Origin: an uncultured Syntrophales bacterium
Lineage (GTDB): Bacteria > Desulfobacterota > Syntrophia > Syntrophales > JAAYKM01
DNA length: 40,286 nt
Direction of reading: 5' to 3'
NCBI GenBank assembly: GCA_964411235.1
Contig: CAYPKE010000002.1
Location: 1-40,286, forward strand
The notes below the pieces were generated by a model. The model was given only the letters and a program-made list of their open reading frames with translations. It made no database searches and was not told the DNA's origin. A program made the translations under genes and the position numbers. Positions within the stretch are counted from its first letter, which is position 1; each line of letters opens with the position of its first letter. This document shows, in pieces, positions 35,370 to 40,286 of this stretch.

Positions 35370-35825
35370 TCAGAAGATGCCCATCTGGCACCCGCCGGCC
35401 AGAATACCCCCCAATTCACGGCATTTATCCAGATCTTCAGGCCGGATTTCGCCTTTGGCAATGACCGGTTCGGATACCTTCCTGAACTTGTACCCCAGGG
35501 CAATCCGCTCCAGGGCACGGAGTGCCCCCGTCCCGTCGTTCCCGGCGCTGATGAACACGACGTAGGGTTTGCGAAATACCCGGTCTTCGACGGCGTAGAA
35601 TGTCCGGTCGAAAAAGTCCTTGATCATGCCCGACAGATAGCCGAAATTTTCCGGTGACCCGATGGCGATGCCGTCGGCCCAGAGCAGGTCCTCCGCAGTC
35701 GCATCGGCCGCCCGCCTGACCAAGACTTCGGCTTCCTCCATCGCCGCCGCCCCTTCGGCCACGGCCTTCGCCATCCTTTCCGTATGCCCCGTCTGGCTGT
35801 GGTATACGATGAGAATTCTGGCCAT
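35370..35825 (-). CDS. Flavodoxin-like fold FMN protein (WrbA/NAD(P)H-quinone reductase-like)
   Basis: ILIVYHSQTGHTERMAKAVAEG...ADGIAIGSPENFGYLSGMIKDFFD is typical of the flavodoxin-like fold. The start is at Met 35825. Confidence 0.8.
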   Translation of the reverse strand: MARILIVYHSQTGHTERMAKAVAEGAAAMEEAEVLVRRAADATAEDLLWADGIAIGSPENFGYLSGMIKDFFDRTFYAVEDRVFRKPYVVFISAGNDGTGALRALERIALGYKFRKVSEPVIAKGEIRPEDLDKCRELGGILAGGCQMGIF

Positions 35826-36039
35826 GTCACGCTCCTTTCCCGAGCCGCCGCATTCCGCCACACGCCCCCTGAATCAGGCGGTTAATATCATCCGGGCAGG
35901 GACGGAATGTCAACTCTTTTCGCCGGAAAAGGGTCCTCTGAGCGCAGGGTTGATCGCAAAGATGATGAGGACTGTCGGACAGGAAAGTTATGAAGTCGGG
36001 AAGCCGGTGGGGAACCCGGGAGCAGGGGTTACCGCCGGG

Positions 36040-36837
36040 TTAGGCGCCGGCCGTGTTGCCGTTATAGAGGCTGGTGACGCGGCTGATATAGTTCCGCGTT
36101 TCCGCGGGCATCCGGTCACGGCGGGCTTCGAGGTTTCCCATTCCCCAGTTGTAGGCAGCCAGAGCCAGGGAAACGTTTCCGTCATAGCGGTTCAGGAGTT
36201 TTTTCAGGTAGCGCGTCCCGCCCATGATATTCTCCTCCGGATCGTAGGGATTATTGACCCCCAGTTCCCGGGCCGTACCGGGCATGAGCTGCATCAGCCC
36301 CATGGCACCCTTGGGGGAGCGGGCGTTGGCGTTGAAGCTGCTCTCCACCTGGATGACGCCCCGGATCAGTCCGGGATCGACATCATAGGCCGCCGCCGCC
36401 TTGCGGATGAGGTGATCATAGTTTCCGGCATCCGCCCTGGTCATGCCTTCCCGCGTCGCCGGCGCCGCTTCCGCGGGGGGCTTCACGGCGGTTGCCCGCT
36501 CGTTCCGGGAAGTCTCCGGCGGCAGACCGTCAAAATTCCGACTCCAGGCCATGGCAAAACCGTCGCCCTCGACGGACCGGAGCAGACGCTCGTTCATCCG
36601 GATATTGATCCACTGGATGAGCTGCAGGATTTGTTCCTTGTCCAGAGGCTTCCCGGCATCCGTCTGTCCCGGTGCTGCGGGACCGCCATTCCCCGTCATG
36701 CTCTCGAGGATGCGGCTGAATTCGGTTGCAACGCCCGGCTGAAACGGACGGCGGTCCTTGCTGACGGCATCTTCCGCCGCGCCCGCCGGCGCGGGCCGCG
36801 AATACAGCCAGGTTTTCATCTCGGGATCAATATGCAT
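36040..36837 (-). CDS. Lytic transglycosylase (SLT domain)
   Basis: [28 protein letters not shown]...[13 protein letters not shown]...ALAAYNWG is the SLT catalytic domain. The start is at Met 36837. Confidence 0.85.
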   Translation of the reverse strand: MHIDPEMKTWLYSRPAPAGAAEDAVSKDRRPFQPGVATEFSRILESMTGNGGPAAPGQTDAGKPLDKEQILQLIQWINIRMNERLLRSVEGDGFAMAWSRNFDGLPPETSRNERATAVKPPAEAAPATREGMTRADAGNYDHLIRKAAAAYDVDPGLIRGVIQVESSFNANARSPKGAMGLMQLMPGTARELGVNNPYDPEENIMGGTRYLKKLLNRYDGNVSLALAAYNWGMGNLEARRDRMPAETRNYISRVTSLYNGNTAGA

Positions 36838-36884
36838 CGGCAATCCTTTCGGAAACGGACAAACCATTCCCCGTAACGATTGCA

Positions 36885-36900
36885 AACAATATTCGTGCCA
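36885..36900 (-). promoter_or_regulatory. Possible sigma-54 promoter upstream of the lytic transglycosylase gene
   Basis: The minus strand reads TGGCACGAATATTGTT. It matches TGGCACG-N4-TTGC except that the -12 C is a T. It lies 48-63 nt upstream of the ATG. Confidence 0.3.
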
Positions 36901-36972
36901 GAAAAAGCGATTTGCAGCGGGAGGATGACAACCCGGGAGGGAATGCCGGGTCCTGGTAGGAGCGGGAAAAGG

Positions 36973-38463
36973 CTAATGCAGCAGCAGCTTCACCAGGCAA
37001 TCGACGACTTTTTCGTCGAACTGGGTGTTGCGGTTCTTCAGCAGCTCCACGATGGCCTCTTCGGGGCGCATCGCGTGCCGGTAGGGGCGGTTGTTGGTCA
37101 TGGCGTCATAGGAATCGACGACGCACAAAATCCTTGCCAGGAAGGGAATGGCCTCGCCGGCCAGGCCCTCCGGGTAGCCTCGTCCATCCCAACGTTCGTG
37201 ATGGTGCAGGATGATGTTGCGCTCCTCCTCGAAAATGACGATGGACTGGAGGATGCTCTCACCGATGCGCGGATGCTTCTTGATGATCCCGTACTCCTCA
37301 TCGGTCAGGCGGTCGGGCTTCATGAGCACGCTGTCGGGGATGGCGATCTTACCGATATCGTGGAGCATGGCCGCGATTTTCAGGGACTCGCACTCTCTTT
37401 CACTGCACCCCATGGCCTGTGCCACGTCCACCGAAAGGTTCATGACCCGGTACGAATGCTCTTCCGTGTAATGATCCCGCACCTGGATCGACGCCACGAG
37501 GGATTTGAAAGTCTCGATCAGGTTGCCGTAGAGGCTTTCGTAAAGGACCTTGTTTTCCAGGTTCAGCGATGCCCGCTTGGTCAGGCTTTGAATATGCATC
37601 AGGTCGTTCTGGCTTACGCCGGGTCCGCGTCCGTCCTTCTTGACCATCAGAACGCCGAACACATGGCCCCGAATCATCAGGGGCGCACAGATGATGGTCG
37701 GCAGAAATTCGCCCGCCTCCGCACTCATGGCCGCCACGGCTTCGCGCTTCGCCAGGACTTCGTGAAACAGCCTGGTCATGGCGGGAATCCGGCGGTCGAG
37801 ATAGTCCTGTGTATCATCGCTTTTGATGATCTGGGGGAGGAAAAGGTTGTCGGATTCATCGTAAAGCAGCAGGGCGGCGCTTTCGCCATCGACGACCTGC
37901 ATGGCCATATCGACGATTTTCTGGAATATCTGGTCGTTCTCCCCGGCCGCGTTTTCTATGTTTTCGTAAATGTAGCTCTTCAGGGAAAGCTCTTCCTTCT
38001 TGTTGATCAGTTGAATCGGTTCGCTTTCGGGCTGTGAGAGATCGGTGCGCGAAATCGCGCTTTCCTGGAGGGAAACGCTGACCTTGAAAAGCAGGGTGTC
38101 GATATCGAAAGGCTTGGCAAGGAAATCGACGGCCCCTTTTTTCATGGCAGAGACGGCCAGGTGGGTCGCGGGATAGGCCGTGATGACCAGGACTGCCGTA
38201 CCCGGCTTGGTTTCCCGGATCTGGGTGAGCAGTTCCATGCCGCTCATGCCCGGCATCATCATGTCCGTGATCACCAGATCATAGGATTGGCCGCTGATTT
38301 TTTGCACGGCTTCCGTGCCGCTCTCGGCCTCCGTGATTTCATAATCGCTGGAAGAAAGGGCCTCGGCGATCATTTGCCGGAGGTTGGCATCGTCGTCGAC
38401 GAGGAGAATGCGTTTCCTGGGTCTTAATGCGCTTTGATCTTCCGATACGGCCAGCTGCAGCAT
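36973..38463 (-). CDS. Response regulator with HD-GYP c-di-GMP phosphodiesterase output domain
   Basis: ILLVDDD...LVITDMMMPGMSG...KPF is the REC domain. A central GAF-like region follows, then HD (MLHDIGK) and HHERWDGRGYPEGL (GYP motif). Confidence 0.9.
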   Translation of the reverse strand: MLQLAVSEDQSALRPRKRILLVDDDANLRQMIAEALSSSDYEITEAESGTEAVQKISGQSYDLVITDMMMPGMSGMELLTQIRETKPGTAVLVITAYPATHLAVSAMKKGAVDFLAKPFDIDTLLFKVSVSLQESAISRTDLSQPESEPIQLINKKEELSLKSYIYENIENAAGENDQIFQKIVDMAMQVVDGESAALLLYDESDNLFLPQIIKSDDTQDYLDRRIPAMTRLFHEVLAKREAVAAMSAEAGEFLPTIICAPLMIRGHVFGVLMVKKDGRGPGVSQNDLMHIQSLTKRASLNLENKVLYESLYGNLIETFKSLVASIQVRDHYTEEHSYRVMNLSVDVAQAMGCSERECESLKIAAMLHDIGKIAIPDSVLMKPDRLTDEEYGIIKKHPRIGESILQSIVIFEEERNIILHHHERWDGRGYPEGLAGEAIPFLARILCVVDSYDAMTNNRPYRHAMRPEEAIVELLKNRNTQFDEKVVDCLVKLLLH

Positions 38464-38538
38464 GGACGTCTCCTATTCCTGAGATAAAAACCCGCACGGA
38501 ACGCAATGCCGCTTTGCGTTTGACAGGGAGAATGAAGA

Positions 38539-38748
38539 CTACAGCCTTTCTTTCAGGATCACATCCAGCAGGCTGTAGGAGATTTTCTGATATGCTTCTT
38601 TCTTGTCCACATGGGTCGAAAGGGAGACCTTGTCCAGATAGGCTTCGCCTTGCCTCACATCCGGACCGGCGGACGGGCGGGAATTAAGCCTGTTCTGCTT
38701 GTTGTAGGCCTTGATGACGCTGTCCACCTGGTAAGTCGATATGGTCAT
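38539..38748 (-). CDS. Small hypothetical protein (69 aa), probably sigma-28-dependent
   Basis: GGAGAGG precedes ATG 38748 (MTISTYQVDSVIKAYNK...). A FliA-type promoter lies 40-65 nt upstream. The family is not recognised and similarity to FlgM is not convincing. Confidence 0.5.
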   Translation of the reverse strand: MTISTYQVDSVIKAYNKQNRLNSRPSAGPDVRQGEAYLDKVSLSTHVDKKEAYQKISYSLLDVILKERL

Positions 38749-38786
38749 AGAAACACCTCTCCGAACCAATAATCCCTTCGATCATT

Positions 38787-38814
38787 CTATCGGCAGAGGG
38801 ATAAAAAAACTTTA
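38787..38814 (-). promoter_or_regulatory. Sigma-28 (FliA)-type promoter
   Basis: The minus strand reads TAAAGTTT-N12-GCCGATAG, against the enterobacterial consensus TAAAGTTT-N11-GCCGATAA. Confidence 0.5.
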
Positions 38815-38841
38815 GCTGTCGCCCCCTTTTTTTCTCGTGCC

Positions 38842-38857
38842 TGTGAAAAAGTTCACA
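38842..38857. promoter_or_regulatory. Perfect CRP/FNR-family-type palindrome TGTGA-N6-TCACA
   Basis: tgtgaaaaagttcaca lies in the divergent intergenic region between the small sigma-28 gene and the TPR gene. Confidence 0.4.
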
Positions 38858-39128
38858 GGCTTTCCCTGCCCCCCCTGTCATATCAAGGGGTTGGGAAAAG
38901 CCTTTTTTTGAATCGTTTTTCCCTGCCGAAACATGCCATCTTTCCCGGAACAAAGAAGCCGTTTTGCCCTTTCGGGGAAACATACAATATAAAGGAAGGC
39001 AGCCGCCCGGAATCACCCATAAAAAAATCGCGCTTCACCCACGGCATGTCACGGTTATTGCATTAAATACTCCGAAGAACCGCTGCGAAAGAGTCCGGGG
39101 GGCGATAAAGATAACAGGAAAGCATCCC

Positions 39129-39872
39129 ATGAGCGACGCCATCGACCGAAACGCCGTAGTCAGCATCAACATCAAACTGAACGAATGCAAGACCCACCTG
39201 CAGAAGCAGAACATCTATTCCTGCATCTCCGGGTTCAAGGAGGTCCTGGAACGGCTGAAGGCCACGCCGATGCTCGCCTCCGACTCCAAGGAACTGCACA
39301 AGGACATCAACAAGTTCCAGGATCAACTGGCCGCGTCGAAGACCTTCCGGGACGTGTACGGCCCCGTCACCTTCCGGGACGATGATTTCGACACCACCCT
39401 CGACTTCATGCACCAGCTCATGATCCTCAAGGAAGAGGAAGTCCGCGAAATCATGAGCCAACGTCAACTGGATGACGCTGCCGTCCCGGAGCTGGGCGAA
39501 CTGGCCTCCCGCAAGGACGTGATTCAGCAGGCCTGCCTCGCCCTGGAGCGGGGCGATTTCGCCGCCGTCCAGGACATCATCGGCGAAGACGAAGCGGTGC
39601 GCGACTACCTGGTGACCATGTACAATGCCGACGGCATCCACAACCGGAAAAACGGGGATTACGACAAGGCGATCCTGCAGTACCGGAAGGCCATCGCCAT
39701 GCAGAACGCCGACGAGCATCTCTATTACAACCTCGCCCGGGTGCACCTGGAAAAGGAGGAATGGCAGGAAGCGGAAATCGCCCTGCAGCAGGCCATGGAG
39801 ATCAACCCCGGCTTCCGGGAAGGCCGGCAGCTCGGCCAATACCTTGCCGGGCAGAGTCCGCCCCCGGTGTGA
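39129..39872 (+). CDS. TPR repeat protein
   Basis: The C-terminal GDYDKAILQYRKAIAMQNADEHLYYNLARVHLEKEEWQEAEIALQQAMEINPGF forms TPR units. The start was taken at ATG 39129; the track ORF begins at 38964. Confidence 0.7.
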   Translation: MSDAIDRNAVVSINIKLNECKTHLQKQNIYSCISGFKEVLERLKATPMLASDSKELHKDINKFQDQLAASKTFRDVYGPVTFRDDDFDTTLDFMHQLMILKEEEVREIMSQRQLDDAAVPELGELASRKDVIQQACLALERGDFAAVQDIIGEDEAVRDYLVTMYNADGIHNRKNGDYDKAILQYRKAIAMQNADEHLYYNLARVHLEKEEWQEAEIALQQAMEINPGFREGRQLGQYLAGQSPPPV

Positions 39873-40003
39873 GGAGCGCACAAGGGGAAAGCCTTCACCA
39901 GCCGGCGGCACCGCCGGACACCCCTACCCAAACCAAACGCCCTCCTTCCTTTTTATTACATCGTCATGTATGTATCAAAAACATCATGCCCGACTCGGAG
40001 AAT

Positions 40004-40090
40004 GTGTCGCAATGTCATTCTGAGGCGCCAGCCGAAGAATCTTTATAACTTGTCGTATTAATTAGATTCATCACTTCGTTCAGAATGACC
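40004..40090. repeat. Copy B of the ~85-nt inverted-repeat element
   Basis: gtcattctga (40017-40026) pairs perfectly with tcagaatgac (40081-40090). The left and right arms are homologous to copies A and C. The location is intergenic. Confidence 0.5.
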
Positions 40091-40286
40091 ACAACCACAA
40101 ATTAACTGTCATAACTCCGCCGCACGACCCGGCACCCGGTCCATTTCATAATGGATGCCGCCTTGCGACGGAATAATGGGAATGAAGCTGTTCCATTGCC
40201 GACGTCATCATCCTGGCCTTGATTTCAGGGCCGTTTGAAACCTCCTTCACAAAATTCCTAAAGTTGTCCGCCTCCCCTGCCGATAA

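Noticed and set aside
35662-38037. Two long plus-strand ORFs (35662-36876 and 36880-38037)
   Set aside because: They are antisense to the flavodoxin-like, SLT and REC-HD-GYP genes, which have clear family motifs. The plus-strand translations have no recognisable motifs.
38539-38748. Calling the 69-aa protein FlgM (anti-sigma-28)
   Set aside because: The YQVD-like segment is N-terminal, not C-terminal, and the rest does not resemble FlgM. Only the sigma-28 promoter context supports a flagellar link.
39063-39911. 282-aa minus-strand ORF
   Set aside because: It is antisense to the TPR gene and Val/Gly/Leu-rich, with no motifs. It is a shadow ORF.

Overview
This is a 40.3 kb chromosomal window at roughly 55% GC. 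Gene content suggests a Desulfobacterota/deltaproteobacterium-like anaerobe: Geobacter-type citramalate synthase, several sigma-54 and two-component regulators, HD-GYP, and MCP/CheW. That taxonomic placement is an inference.

Layout:
- The left third (1-14.1 kb) is housekeeping. It holds a partial B12-binding protein, pyrE, nfi, a PAS histidine kinase with a NarL-type regulator, cimA, tsaC, RNase E/G, proC, yggT, DUF167, murJ and serS. These are followed by a tRNA-Ser(UGA)/tRNA-Ser(GCU)/tRNA-Arg(ACG) cluster.
- An accessory block of mixed composition, partly AT-richer, starts right after the tRNAs (14.2-27.7 kb). It begins with a GtrB-like GT2 and a PMT/ArnT-like GT-C, plus a radical SAM enzyme.
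- The rest of that block is a long minus-strand gene string, in this order: radical SAM; a 22-codon Cys-rich ORF; a PqqD-like protein; a PF14907-type nucleotidyltransferase; an ABC exporter; a DXD glycosyltransferase; an HprK-like kinase::GT2 fusion; two GT2 genes; and a membrane protein.
- The right third carries GYD and YbaK-like genes, a cheW-mcp operon ending in a DHp-only kinase-like protein, and a sigma-54 activator. It also carries an SRAP peptidase, a flavodoxin-like protein, an SLT lytic transglycosylase, a REC/HD-GYP regulator, a small gene behind a sigma-28-type promoter, and a TPR protein.

Most interesting observations:
1. The radical SAM/PqqD/nucleotidyltransferase/ABC/kinase-GT cassette looks like a peptide-maturation system. 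It lacks any lasso cyclase or protease.
2. A textbook Ile-codon leader-peptide attenuator sits in front of cimA.
3. A roughly 85-nt inverted-repeat element occurs three times in intergenic DNA.

All calls come from reading the translations and the sequence by eye. Start codons and family names need HMM/BLAST confirmation.
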